DNA of 63,989 bases, filler included, from Thelocarpon superellum (lineage: Eukaryota), in NCBI GenBank assembly GCA_026025795.1. It is 4 parts of 4 records of this genome, joined end to end, with 100 filler letters (N's around TTAATTAATTAA, not from the genome) between each part and the next. Parts side by side here need not be neighbours in the genome. Positions count along the whole stretch, not along the records: positions 1 to 16,690 come from JAPEUG010000385.1; positions 16,791 to 33,475 come from JAPEUG010000386.1; 2 more parts are not named here. The stretch is one strand, 5' to 3'. The position numbers were made by a program, and so were the translations under genes. The notes under the pieces were generated by a model, which ran no database searches, was not told the origin of the DNA, and was given only the letters and a program-made list of their open reading frames with translations. Position 1 is the first letter of the stretch; each line of letters opens with the position of its first letter. This document shows positions 13,739 through 25,088 of the stretch, piece by piece.

Positions 13739-14859
13739 TCATCCATTCGACGAAGACGCTGTATCTACACGGACACTACTTCCGTTCCCTTCCGCCGCTC
13801 CTTTTCCTTTTCCTTTTCCCTTTCCTGTCCCACCGCCATCTTCACCGCGGTCATCATCGTCGCGGTCACCACCAGACGAAGAACCAAGAGCCAAAGCCTT
13901 CTCCTTCTCTTTCCGCTTCTGGGTCACTTCCCAATTATACACGCGTGCTGTTTGGACTTCTAGCGTCTGTCGTGTCTCTCGTTAGCTATGCGTCTCGCCT
14001 TTCTGGCGTGAGGTGTTTGTGGAGTGATGCGGTTGGTGGTGGTCGGGGGGAAGGTGCATGAATGGAGTGGAGTGGAGAGGAGGTGATAACGCACCGTAAT
14101 CTGCTCTCGGAGAAAGTCCAAGTCTTCTTCGCAATTCTCAAGGTTTTGTCGCGCCGCTGACAATTTGGTCTCTAGTAGACCCTCCGCTTCTGTGATGGGG
14201 TATGATAGCATTACGTTGGCCTATTGTTCGTCCATCCCGTCAGCTCCATTGTTGAGAGGGTTTGTGAGAGAACAGAGGGAGGAGCCGAATTAAACATACA
14301 CCGAGCCAGAGATAGACTTCTTCTGTAGGGGGGACGTGTGCTTTGGCGTACAGCGTATCGTTCAACTCAAACGTCGTTTCCATCGGTCCCGCATCCGGCT
14401 ACAACATCCATCCCTTTGTTAGTCCGGTCGTGTCCGTCCAAAGATAGAGACCGAGACAGGGCTCCCACCTTTCGCGCCTTGAGAAATCGCACCATGTCCA
14501 ACGTGCGCTGTATATCCGGAATCTTATCCTGGAGCCCTGCCACTCGTCTCTGTGTGTTCACTTCCATGAATTGGTATTTACTATCACATCGATCCCGTCA
14601 GTCTCGCGCTCGAGGGAGGTTGACGGATGATTGGACAAATGGACCGTACGAGATCATCTCCTGAAAGCTCTTGAGTGTTCCTTCCACCTCGTGCCGCGCC
14701 GTGACATACTCCTCAACCTTGTCGACAAAGGGCGCGTAGGGAATTCCTCGTGGGTTGGTGGAGCCATCTTTGCTGCGTGCGTGTGAGCAGTCGGACTTGC
14801 GAGACTTACACCCGGGAGAGATGTAAGGCGTTGGCTAACCTTGCTTTCTTTTCCGTCAT
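13739..14859 (-). CDS. PAC10: Prefoldin subunit 3, 5 introns
   Basis: Spliced product NPRGIPYAPFVDKVEEY...FQEMISKYQFME...FELNDTLYAKA...VYLWLGANVMLSYPI...DFLREQITTLEVQTARVYNW. Confidence 0.95.
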
Positions 14860-14903
14860 GGCCACAGATGCAAATCACAAAGGTGTCGTCGCTGGACCAG
14901 ATG

Positions 14904-14935
14904 CGGAGACGGAGACGGAGACGGAGACGGAAACG
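14904..14935. repeat. (GGAGAC)n microsatellite upstream of the prefoldin gene
   Basis: Read directly. Confidence 0.85.
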
Positions 14936-15319
14936 TCGTGGGGGACCTCGGATGTGGTTGTGAGGAACAAATCGGCCGAGCTTCCTGGAAGCTCGACCTG
15001 GTGGGTATGTTAGTGCAGTAAGCAGCTGCTCAAGCCCCTACGAGTACTTCGTACATCCGTCGCGTGGTTAAGTGAGCTGTCAGCGGTCGAGTGCGTCCTC
15101 TAGCTAAGGTGCGCCACTAAGCAGCAGCCGATTCCCTCCACCGCCGCGCGAACTCGGCCGTGTGGTGCCTGACAGAAAGTCCCGTGGATTATGTGATGAC
15201 GTCGCAGGAACTAGTCGTACCTCGATGCATTTTAGCATCAGCTTCATCTTCGTCGTCTTTTCATCTCCTTCTGCGGTCTCTGTACTGATCACTCCTTTCA
15301 CTCTCCCTCTCTCCATGCG

Positions 15320-16468
15320 ATGACATTCCTTGTCTGCAGCGTTCGTGCTGCCACTCGACATACGACATGTGCGCGTTTCATTGCACTCTCTCCGCTCACT
15401 AGATCCACCCTCCATCCATCAGCGTCATCCTCTCTCTACCACCAGGTCAGGTGCGACTCGACCGGTGCTCTTCGGATCAATCATAACACTCGCGTCAACG
15501 GTCCGGTTTCCACGCTCCCAGCCCCATTGGTCCTGCACGAACGAGACCAAGATGAGAGCTTCATCTCATTTGCGTTCAAGCGCGGGAAGGGCTGTATGTT
15601 ACATCGCTCCAGGACGTCACCGCCATCTCGCACCAACTGACATATCTTCTAGATTTGACCTTCTACAAGACCGGCGCGTGGAACGTGTGGCAGAACTTCA
15701 AAGCGGCGCAAGACGTGCAGCGAACCATCGCCACCAAAGCCAATGGCTCCCTCTCGCACGCCGTTTCCACCAACCTAATCTCGCGGAGTGACTTTCAGCT
15801 CCTGCACCGATCGGCGCACGATGTCAGGCGGGTCCCCATCTTCGCGCTGATCTTCGTCATCTTCGGGGAATACACGCCGCTGGTCGTCATCTACATGTCG
15901 AACCTGGTGCCGTGGCCCTGCCGCACGCCGCAACAGATCCTCTCGGATCGGCGCAAGCTCGAAGAACGCCGCAAGACCTCGATCCAGAACCTGGTCATCC
16001 CCGTCCCTCAAGGCTCCGTCGACATCGGCTCCCTGGCCCCCCAACAGATCGCACACATCGCACGCTCCCTTGGGCTCTTCTCGAGCTGGACGGATCGCCT
16101 GCTCGGGTCTGGGCCACTTGTTCAGCGTCTCCTCCGCCGACGGATCCAGCGACGCGTGCAGTACCTGCATCACGACGACCAGCTGATCCAGCGCGATGGC
16201 GGCCCGCAGCAGATGGAAATGGAGGAGATTCGCATGGCACTAGTGGAGCGCGGTGTCGATGTATTGGGCCGTCCCGATGCACAGCTCAAGTCCGTCCTCG
16301 CCTCATGGCTGCGAGCTAAACCGCGGTTTCCGCCGTGGACTCTATACCTTACACGGTAATCGCTCGACTCAGGATGGGCACAAAGACGGAGACATACTAA
16401 CGCGATGTTGTGACAGGCCGTCAATATGGCAGACGAGCACCGGTGGCGAGGAGGCAGGGAATGTCTAG
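15320..16468 (+). CDS. LETM1-like mitochondrial inner-membrane protein, 2 introns
   Basis: Arg/Ser-rich presequence-like N-terminus; SRSDFQLLHRSAHDVRRVPIFALIFVIFGEYTPL; YLHHDDQLI...EIRMALVERGVDV. Confidence 0.8.
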
Positions 16469-16690
16469 GTGGTGTAACATGCCAGCATTATTGTGTATTT
16501 GTGATCTTGTCGCACGCCTAGAAGAAACGGGTATGAGGAGCCTCATCAATGTAACACCAAGACCGCACTTCCAGACATGACCAGCCTCGTGTCAGGAAAG
16601 GGGGAGCAGTGGAACGGCTGACAGGGGAGAGCACAAGCTTAGGCGAGCAGACGACGGTGACACGTAATGTCATTGGCTCTGAGGAGGCCT

Positions 16691-16790
16691 NNNNNNNNNN
16701 NNNNNNNNNNNNNNNNNNNNNNNNNNNNNNNNNNTTAATTAATTAANNNNNNNNNNNNNNNNNNNNNNNNNNNNNNNNNNNNNNNNNNNN
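16691..16790. other. Assembly gap/contig spacer (N44-TTAATTAATTAA-N44)
   Basis: N runs flank an all-frame-stop linker, identical at three positions in the window. Confidence 0.97.
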
Positions 16791-19700
16791 TCCCCAACGT
16801 GGGCGAGACGGGTGGCTCGGGCGGCGGCGGCATCTGCTTGGGGACTTGGGGGAGCTGAGGGATCTGAGGAGCCTGAGGAGCCTGAGGAGCCTGAGGAGCC
16901 TGAGGAGCCTGAGGAGCTTGAGGAGCTTGAGGAACCTGAGGGATTCGAGGTATCTGGCGACTAGGGGAACTAGGATGCACCGCAAAGTATGGGTCGTCTT
17001 CATATCGATCGGGCGGCGGCGAGGTTACGGTCGGACCCATCCTCGGTTCCCCCAAGGCGACTCCATGTGACGGTCCTGCGTAACAAAAGGGGTCGTATTC
17101 GTCGGGGTCTCCGCTGCCTGGCGCCTCTTTGGACGGCGGCACAGGAGGCGGAGCTCCACGTGGCATCTCGGCCGACGACCGGGCGGCCTTTGGGGGCTGA
17201 CTCGGTGGCGGTGGCGGGGTCGAGTGAGGCACTGAGGCCACGGGCACCGGCAGCGGAGCCGCAGGCCCGGCGGAAGAGGCCTCGTCCACGGTGGTGCTAT
17301 CATCCCCACTAGGTTCGCGAGCGTGGGACTTGAGCGCCTCTTTGTGCGTCGCGCCCGAGGCAATATCGGTGTCGTAGTCACCCTCATATTCCGTCACCTC
17401 CTCATCACTTTCGTCTGGCACCGGCGCCTTTGGTTGCCGGAGCGGCTTGCTATCGCCCGTGGACTTGCGGCTGAGCGTTCGTGCCGGAATACTCGGCGGG
17501 GCTGGTGGTGCTGGTCTCGCGGGTGGCATGGTCGGAGGCTCGGCGTCCGGATGTGATTTCGGCATTCGTTGGGTCTCGTCCTGGTAAGCCGGCGCAAGAG
17601 GTGAGGAAGGATGAGCGTTGGCCCGCTGCAGAGGCCGTGGCGAGGCAGGAACAGGCCGACCCGGCACCGGTGGTGCCCCAGCGGTGGGTGGAATGGGGGT
17701 CGTGGCATGAGACGCTTGTCCAGGCGTCTCGGTGGAGGACGAGTCCACTACGACGCCTCGGGAGTTGGTCGGCATCTCATCATCCGAGTCCGAGCCCTCG
17801 CTCAGGAAAGTAGAGGGATGCGTCGGGGGTGGTGGAGGAGCCGGCCGGCCTAGGTAGCGTCCTCGTCAGCAGTCGTCACCCATACGGTCATTGAAGACGC
17901 ACCGGCCGGAGGGGGCGGTGGCGCTCGTTCATGTGCGTTTGTAGGCTCGGGCGGCGCTCGCTCTGCCGCAGGATACGTTAGGCTCGATCTTCATAGGATC
18001 ACACCATCGCGCGTACCATGATGGACGGATGGCGACGTTCCTTGCCGCACCGGTCGTGCCGGACGCGCAGGCTCCGTCGCCACCTCTTCTACGTCCTCAA
18101 TCTCCTCAGGATCCTGGGTGAGGGCGGCGACCCCGCGACGGGCCTCGTCATCCGCGTGGACGACCGCCGGCGCCTCGGGCGGTTCGCGAGTGCGAGCGGA
18201 GCCCATACCCGGTAGGAGCATGACTGGCACGGGCGGAGCATGGGACGTGCTCTTTCCGCCAGCAGCCGCGTCCTCGCCGCGATCGATGGCGCCTCTCGTG
18301 CTGCTTCCGCTCCCCTTGGCCTTCTTCGGACCGCCTGCCATGGGGGGCGGCATGCCGCCCGGAGCGCCGAACATCCCATGCATACCCATGCCCCCACTCA
18401 TCTTAGCCATGCGCTCGCGAATCTCCATCCTTCGTCGGGCTTCTGGGTCGACCTCCTCCTCTTCCTCCTCTCCCTCACCTTCGTCTTCGTCTTCGTCTTG
18501 ATCATCGTCCTCTTCGTCCTCACTGCCTCCCCCTGCCACTTTCTCACCCTCCCGCTCCTCGGTAGGCGCGGTTGGCGTCCGGACTGGGAGCGTTGGCTGC
18601 CTCGATTTTGGCTTGTGATCGCTATCGTCCACGCCGGTCGACGTCTCTTCCGCGTCTTCCGTCGTCTCGCCCGCGCCGGATTGATCCGCGTCATTCGCAT
18701 CGCTAAGAATGTCTCGGGAGCCGGTACCGGATGGGGCCGCCGGCACCGTCTCCGCCGCGGTCTTGTGCTTGACGGATCGTGATGAGGTCGCAGGCTCATC
18801 GCGAGCGGCCTCGCCAGAACGTTTCCCCACCATCTGGGCGCTGTTCAGTCGCTCCACGTCTGCACCGTCGCTCCCTTCGTCGTGTGTCGCCACCTGCTCG
18901 GTCGATTCCATGCGCTTCTTCTGGGGCCGCTTCGGCTTCTCTTTCTTCTGCGCCGCCTCGACGTGACGAGCCGCCTGCTCTTGTTGCTGTTTCTGGAGCA
19001 ACGCGATCCGTTCCTTGAGACTGGTTGGTTTCTGCTGCTCCTCATTCGTGTCCACGGTAGGTGTCGACGCGTTCACGGTCGGCTCCGCCGTCTCCGCATC
19101 GTCCGTGGCACGCCCGACGATCTCAGGGTCTTCCTCTCGCCGATAGATCTTTGCGACGGGTGTCTCGCGAGGCGTAGGGACGTAGGCGTCCTTGCTGGGC
19201 GGTGGCGCGATGAAAGGTTTCTTGATGAAGCTGGAACCCGTCCCGCCCAGGTTACCAGGCTTAAAGGGAGCGATTGGTGGCGCTGTGGATTTATTAAAGG
19301 CCGCGATACGATCCTTGAACGAGCCACCGCTAGGCTTCTCGGCGACGTGAGGCGCTTTGCTTTGTGAGGCGGCGGGTGTGGGGGAGGATTGGCCCGCCGA
19401 CGGTTCAACGGGAGGGTGTGCGGGACCCGTCGCGGATGGCACCTTTTGGGGCGCAGGTGTCTTCTTCGAGGGCGCCGGGACGATGGTGGACGTCGAGTCT
19501 CCGGCTGTGGTTTCCTCGGCATCCTTGCCAACCCCATGACTCGGATCTTGCGGAGGTATCTCGGGCTCCTTCTTCGGTCGATGGCTCCTTGCGGGTCGGG
19601 GAGGCGTCTCGGGCTCAAAACGCTCGACGAAGTTACGTGGAAAGATACCTTCTTGCTTGGCGCCCGCGGCATCGACATATTCCCCACAGTACCAGTCTGC

Positions 19701-19811
19701 GTCTTCCTCTTCCGTGACCGTGATGATTTGGCCTAGCGAAAAATCCAAGTCATCGTCATGGGGCGATGAGTAGTCGAAGAGTGCCTTGACCTTGAACGGA
19801 GGCGCCGCCAT
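16791..19811 (-). CDS. BBC1: SH3-domain Pro-rich actin-patch protein Bbc1/Mti1, 3'-truncated by gap
   Basis: N-terminal SH3 FKVKALFDYSSPHDDDLDF...DWYCG...GIFPRNFVE; SFKDRIAAFNK, KPTSLKERIALLQKQQ, REREMAKMSGG-type (IRERMAKMSGG) and EVTEYEGDYDTDIAS blocks; one intron near 17970-18020. Confidence 0.9.
16864..16944. repeat. Coding 9-bp tandem repeat (CTGAGGAGC)n, about 9 copies, encoding (PQA)n in Bbc1
   Basis: Six perfect and three variant units read directly. Confidence 0.95.
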
Positions 19812-20609
19812 GATCGGGGTCCGGAGAGGGGCGCCCGTGAGCACTGTCCCGTGTCTGTCGCACGGCGAGAGATTGAATGAGACACCCGATGGAACGACCG
19901 ATGGGTACGTGGCACAGGCAGCTCCGGTCAGACTCAAGCAGAGGCGGAGACTGATATGCGGCGGGCAGGTCGAGTCGTGCACGGTCCAGAATTGGCGAGC
20001 TCAGTCGATCTTCACGGAGGACGTCAGCATCCCGGTCACCTCATAGACCGCATGGCATGGGCATGGAGGACCAGACGAATTTACATGAGGTGCAACGTCG
20101 AATCTCACGTACCTAGAGGCGGCGGCCAGATCCGTAAGGGCCAAGGGACAGATGCGCCGCGCAGATGCGCACCTCCAGCGACCGGGGCGGATAAGGAGCA
20201 AAGGTGGAGTAAGCCGGTATAGGTCGACAGGCGGCCGGGGATATCACAAACGCATCGCTCAGGAGTACGGAGGACGGTACGCCCAGAACCACAGACGGAC
20301 GAGGATCCTACTACGATACTTGTCTCGCGAGGAGTAACTACGGGTACTACGGGCCACAGACAACCCGAGGGACGGATCCGTCGCGGATCTCGACCAAATT
20401 ACGGCGGACCCCGGGGTACGACGGCGCCACTACTGCGGCCTTTGGAAACTCTTAGCGCATGCAGTCGAGTGGCGATGTGACGGAACGCAACGGGCAGACA
20501 ATGATCGCTAGAAAATTCAAATCATCCATCACACGTCCTTTCGTCCGCGGAGCCAACATGCGCTCCGAGAATACGTGACCTCTAATCGTCAGTTTTCTTA
20601 CCGTCTCTC

Positions 20610-21524
20610 ATGGCCCATTCATCGGCCGCGCCACTCAAGTCGATCCTCAAGAAGGCCTTGGTCAAGGCGCCGGGGCCTTCGCCCCCCACCGGTCCCAGCA
20701 AGCCGGAGCGCGATCAGGAGACGGCCCTCTACCATGCTCGATTAATACAAGAGCAAAAAGATGCCGAGGTCGAGATCTTTAACGCCATCGAGCGGCTTAT
20801 TGAGCTTCCCTCCTCGTCTCAGGCAGATCCTGCTCATCCCTCGATGGCCGACGTGGCCTTAGTCCTTCGAGATGTTTCCCTCTTCCAACCGAGCGATTAC
20901 GATGCGCTCATTGAAGAGAGAAACATCAATCAAAGCTGTGGCTATCTCCTCTGCCCACGTCCTCGACGAATGGAAGATACCCCGGCCAAATTCCGGATCG
21001 TGCGGGGCAAAGCTCGAGGCGAAGAATTCCGGGTGCTGCGCAAGGCCGAGTTGGAGCGATGGTGCTCGCGGGATTGCGCCATGCGCGCCCTCCACCTGCG
21101 CGTACAGTTGAGTGACGCGCCTGCGTGGACGCGAGACGTTACAGCCGACGCGAGCATCACTTTGTACCGTGAGGGCCACGGAGATGATTCGACACGTTCG
21201 AATGCACTCACGACGGAAGCCGAGTCATTAGGTCTAGTCGATGACTTCATCCGCTTAGACTTGGAAGATGGGGACCGTTCGACTAACGAAACAGCTCGAG
21301 CGCTGGCTGTAGAAAGAGGGGACAAGCCAGCCGCTCAAGGCCATGTCCCCGTAGAGGTGTCTATCCAGGAAAAGGAGGTCTCAGGAGCAGCATCACCACC
21401 CTCAACAGCAAACACCACCGGCAGCAACGCGCACCTCCAGGTTGAAGGATATGAGCCAGGGTGGAAACCCAAGAAAGGGGTCCGAGTAGTGGCTGACGAA
21501 GGGAATACCGATTGGGAAATCTGA
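20610..21524 (+). CDS. RTR1: RNA polymerase II CTD phosphatase Rtr1/RPAP2
   Basis: FQPSDYDALIEERNINQSCGYLLC...WCSRDCAMRA zinc-binding signature; intronless ORF. Confidence 0.92.
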   Translation: MAHSSAAPLKSILKKALVKAPGPSPPTGPSKPERDQETALYHARLIQEQKDAEVEIFNAIERLIELPSSSQADPAHPSMADVALVLRDVSLFQPSDYDALIEERNINQSCGYLLCPRPRRMEDTPAKFRIVRGKARGEEFRVLRKAELERWCSRDCAMRALHLRVQLSDAPAWTRDVTADASITLYREGHGDDSTRSNALTTEAESLGLVDDFIRLDLEDGDRSTNETARALAVERGDKPAAQGHVPVEVSIQEKEVSGAASPPSTANTTGSNAHLQVEGYEPGWKPKKGVRVVADEGNTDWEI

Positions 21525-21837
21525 TTGCAATGGACAGTGCGCGAAGGCGTTTTGTCCGAGAGCTGTTCAGAGAGTGTTAGTATGTGGTCCCGTCATAAAC
21601 CAGAGCTTGGTGCCGGCTCCAATATGAGTGGTGGCAGCTCCGTACGAAGATGAGATGTCACGTCTACGGCATAAGTGGAGTAGTGGCAATCAAGCGTCAT
21701 CTCCCGCAGGAGAATCAGCGACACCTGACAGATGAATCCGTCTTCGTTACTCGAAAGCTGCGTGCTCTAGTCCACAAGTCTTGCGGAGTCTCCGAGCGTC
21801 ATGGTTCTAGGGGCAATCCGCCGTCGTCGTCATCCTC

Positions 21838-22447
21838 CTAGTCCCTCCGCGGTGGCCGGTCGCCAAATCGGCGAGGGCCACGCTCGGTGACCTGCTGCTG
21901 CGCCACGGGCACCACGTTCACAGGAATCGAGTCAAACTAGTCAAAAGATCAATGTGGGAGTCAGTCGTGAGACAGAAGCGAGCACTTACCCCAAGACTCT
22001 TTAACAAGTCCTTGGTCTCGCTGTCCACCTCCAACTGTCCCGTCTCGGAATTGTTGGCAAAGTCAAGGGCCGAGATCTCCGGCACGTATTGATCTTTGCG
22101 CTCTCGCTCCTCTTCTTGGAGCTTGAAGGAGATGCCGCGGACTGGACCGCGTTGGATGCGCTTCATTAAATGGGTCGTGTAACCGGCAATCTGCAAATGG
22201 TCAGATTTTTGTGCTAGGCACGGCACAGATTCACAAGACGCACCTTATTCCGAAGTCGCTTTGACGCGATAATCGCGATCTCGTCACAAATTCTCTTGTT
22301 CGTCTCGAAGTCGAGGGTGAGTTTCGGGTAGTATCGCTCGATGATGACCTTCGCAGACTTTTTGACGGTCTAATGGGAGAAGCGTGAGCATTGAGGCAAT
22401 GGGGGTCACGCCTCATCGAGACTCACCTTCGTTCGAACGCGACCCAT
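21838..22447 (-). CDS. RPS17: 40S ribosomal protein S17 (eS17), 3 introns
   Basis: [39 protein letters not shown]...[37 protein letters not shown]. Confidence 0.98.
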
Positions 22448-22779
22448 GGTGGCGGTTGTGGATGTCAATCGGTGTGGTGGTCGTCGTGGAGGGGAAAGAA
22501 AGTAACGACTGACCAGCAATTTGGTCGCAGAACGGAATATACTTTTCCAAAGTCGGCGGCTTGCAAAGTTGCCAATGTAGGGTTGACCCGCAATGTCACG
22601 TGATTAGGTGCGCCCGTCTCAGCCTTACTTCGGTTGGCGATCCTTGAGCAGTTCCTGACCACTGTAAATAGACAAGACGATGTAGATCTTGGCCCTCTTC
22701 CTTTCTGTCTATATACGGAACGATGGTACACATCACTGACATGCTGAAACTTGCACGAACCACAGGTGTGGCGTCTCAG

Positions 22780-24267
22780 TCATCCACGCTTGAGGAGCAT
22801 CTCTTCAATTTCCTGAAAGGACTTCTCATGCCCTTCGGCCGTGGGACGGCTTGGATCCGCAAAGGGTGATGGTCTCTTGGAAGCGCTTCCACCTTCGATC
22901 CCGTAGCCATAGGATCGTGCTGATGACGAACGCCCTGATCCGTGAGCGTCGCGGCTCCCGGTCAACGGCGGTCCAGGTTGGGTATGGTCCGTCGTGGTGG
23001 CGGGGTCCTGTATCGTCCCCTCGTGGACAGCGACCGTGGTTGGCATCGCTTGGGCTGCTTGAAGACTGATACGACCTTGTGCATCCATGCTCGCCCGGAC
23101 CGGGTGCACCCATAACTTCCCGCCGCCACTGATCTCCGGTCGGAGGCCGCTTAGGCCTGACCCGTCATCTTGCGCCGACTTGAATGTGGGAGGCGTGCTG
23201 TAGTCCGCAACGACTCCAGCGATTCCCAGTTTCGCCACACGCGCCTGGCCTGTGGCCGAGCGCCGCGGATGTAGGACTCGTGCCGGAACGGGTGGCGGCT
23301 GTGCCTGTGGTCCAAGGACTGGGTGATTCGCGACGTAGGCATCGGTCCGGAGATATGACAGTCCTCCGGAAGGATGCATCTTGGGCGGCCCCGTGTCGGC
23401 GTACATGGCCGCGGAGCTCATGTCCGCGGTGTTTGTATCGAAGATGTTGCTCGCACGGCCAGATCGACCCAATGATGGAGAGGCTGGAAGGTCCAAGAAA
23501 TTGTGGATGAGATCGTTCAGCATACTCGGCTCATGTCGGAGCGATCGGAGGTAGGCCTCGAGCTCCTCATCTGACACGATGATGGCCTGATCGCCCGATG
23601 CCAGGGACGCGACCGACTCCCCTTGCTCCATGGCCATCCGCCGCTGTTCCGCCGCTTTCCGTGCTGCGATATGCCGGCGGACATATTGGCGGAACTCTTG
23701 CTTTCGTCCCCGGATCTCCTTGCTCAGATAGCGTTGGAATTCGCCTTCGGTCTTGCCCGCTAACCAGGGTCCGGCAAACTTCCACCGTTGTGCCGCATGG
23801 AACATGCCGCGCTCCTCACGATGTGTCCGATCCAGCTCGTTCTCAAACACGCTTCGCGATGGATTGGTTCCGGCGTAGCCGCTGGCACTCAAGCGACGGC
23901 CTTGCACGGCCGAGAGCGGTAGATGGAGCTCCTGCCATTTCTTCAAGGTCAAGGTATGATCCGACGCCGACGCAAAGTCCGTGATATGCTCCAGGCTGTC
24001 CGCCGTTTCCACTCGGATCGCCGGCGTCGACGTTTTTGTGGTCGATCGAAGGGGGAGCGGCCGCTTCAGGCCCCAGTCGCCGCGCGAGAGCGACGACGGG
24101 GCCGTCGCAACGGCGGCATAGACCGGGTACGGGAGCGTCGCTGTATCCGACCCGACAACAGTCGTCGACGTGAGTGTCGCCGCAGGGGGTGGTAACGGAG
24201 GTGGGAGCGAGAAGAGTCGCGAGGATCGCAGCAGGGCGGCGGTTGGGGAGAGCCGTTTGGTCGTCAT
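22780..24267 (-). CDS. MRP51: Mitochondrial small-subunit ribosomal protein MRP51 (bS1m)
   Basis: LSPTAALLRSSRLFSLP, RGDWGLKRPLP, RWKFAGPWLAG and HPSGGLSYLRT motifs; start taken at the first ATG (MTTKRL). Confidence 0.88.
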   Translation of the reverse strand: MTTKRLSPTAALLRSSRLFSLPPPLPPPAATLTSTTVVGSDTATLPYPVYAAVATAPSSLSRGDWGLKRPLPLRSTTKTSTPAIRVETADSLEHITDFASASDHTLTLKKWQELHLPLSAVQGRRLSASGYAGTNPSRSVFENELDRTHREERGMFHAAQRWKFAGPWLAGKTEGEFQRYLSKEIRGRKQEFRQYVRRHIAARKAAEQRRMAMEQGESVASLASGDQAIIVSDEELEAYLRSLRHEPSMLNDLIHNFLDLPASPSLGRSGRASNIFDTNTADMSSAAMYADTGPPKMHPSGGLSYLRTDAYVANHPVLGPQAQPPPVPARVLHPRRSATGQARVAKLGIAGVVADYSTPPTFKSAQDDGSGLSGLRPEISGGGKLWVHPVRASMDAQGRISLQAAQAMPTTVAVHEGTIQDPATTTDHTQPGPPLTGSRDAHGSGRSSSARSYGYGIEGGSASKRPSPFADPSRPTAEGHEKSFQEIEEMLLKRG

Positions 24268-25088
24268 CGAACCGGAGGATAGGTCTCCCTCCGATGTCCG
24301 ACCCAGCACCACTGACGTCGATGTTGAAGCGCCGAATGGGCCCAGGGGAGAGGGCAAATGCCTTGCCTGTGACCACTTGTACGCCTATTCGATTGATACG
24401 TGAGATATCACGATACATCAACACAGCTATCTAACAACAGCCCAGGCTTGCTGAAGTTGAGGATATAGTCGGCAAATCGGATTTGCGGCTCCAAGCTTTC
24501 TCGGACAAGACCAAGTAGCGATCAGTCTCATGACTAATTCTGGATCAAGCTCCGAGGCTGCCCTCGACAGCCTAGCACATCGCATCGATCCACATCCCAC
24601 GCGCGACAAAGTCCCGCGTGATGAGTTATGCGATCTCTTTCTTGCATGCACTTCATCCTGGCAGTTGGGGTTGACGCTACCCGGATAACTCTATCAGCCG
24701 CTGGACTGACTTGCGTTGCGATGCCTGCCAAATTGGTAGTCCCTGCGCGACATTTTTCAGGCCATTTGGAGGCTTGTTGTTTGATGCACGTCCTTTTCTA
24801 CGAGGTCGTGTCTTGTTCACGTACCTGTTTTGGACACCTGCTAGAGAGTAGGTATCCTGCCTACCCAGGGTCTCTCCACGATGTGCATAACACCGTTCGC
24901 GCCGAGAAACCGCCTTCTAGAAGTCCTGCGAGAGGGATTTCAACTGCCCAACGTATGACCTTATCGAAGTTGCTAAATCCCTCTCACCTTGACTCATCCG
25001 TAGGAGATCTACATGCCCTATTAAACCGTCGTCTACTTCAAACCTGAGATGTTGATTCTCCTTACGGATATCGTCCCGTCCCGTCGTC

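Noticed and set aside
16735..16746. TTAATTAATTAA palindrome repeated three times in the window
   Set aside because: Always centred in N runs; an artificial all-frame-stop linker, not biology.
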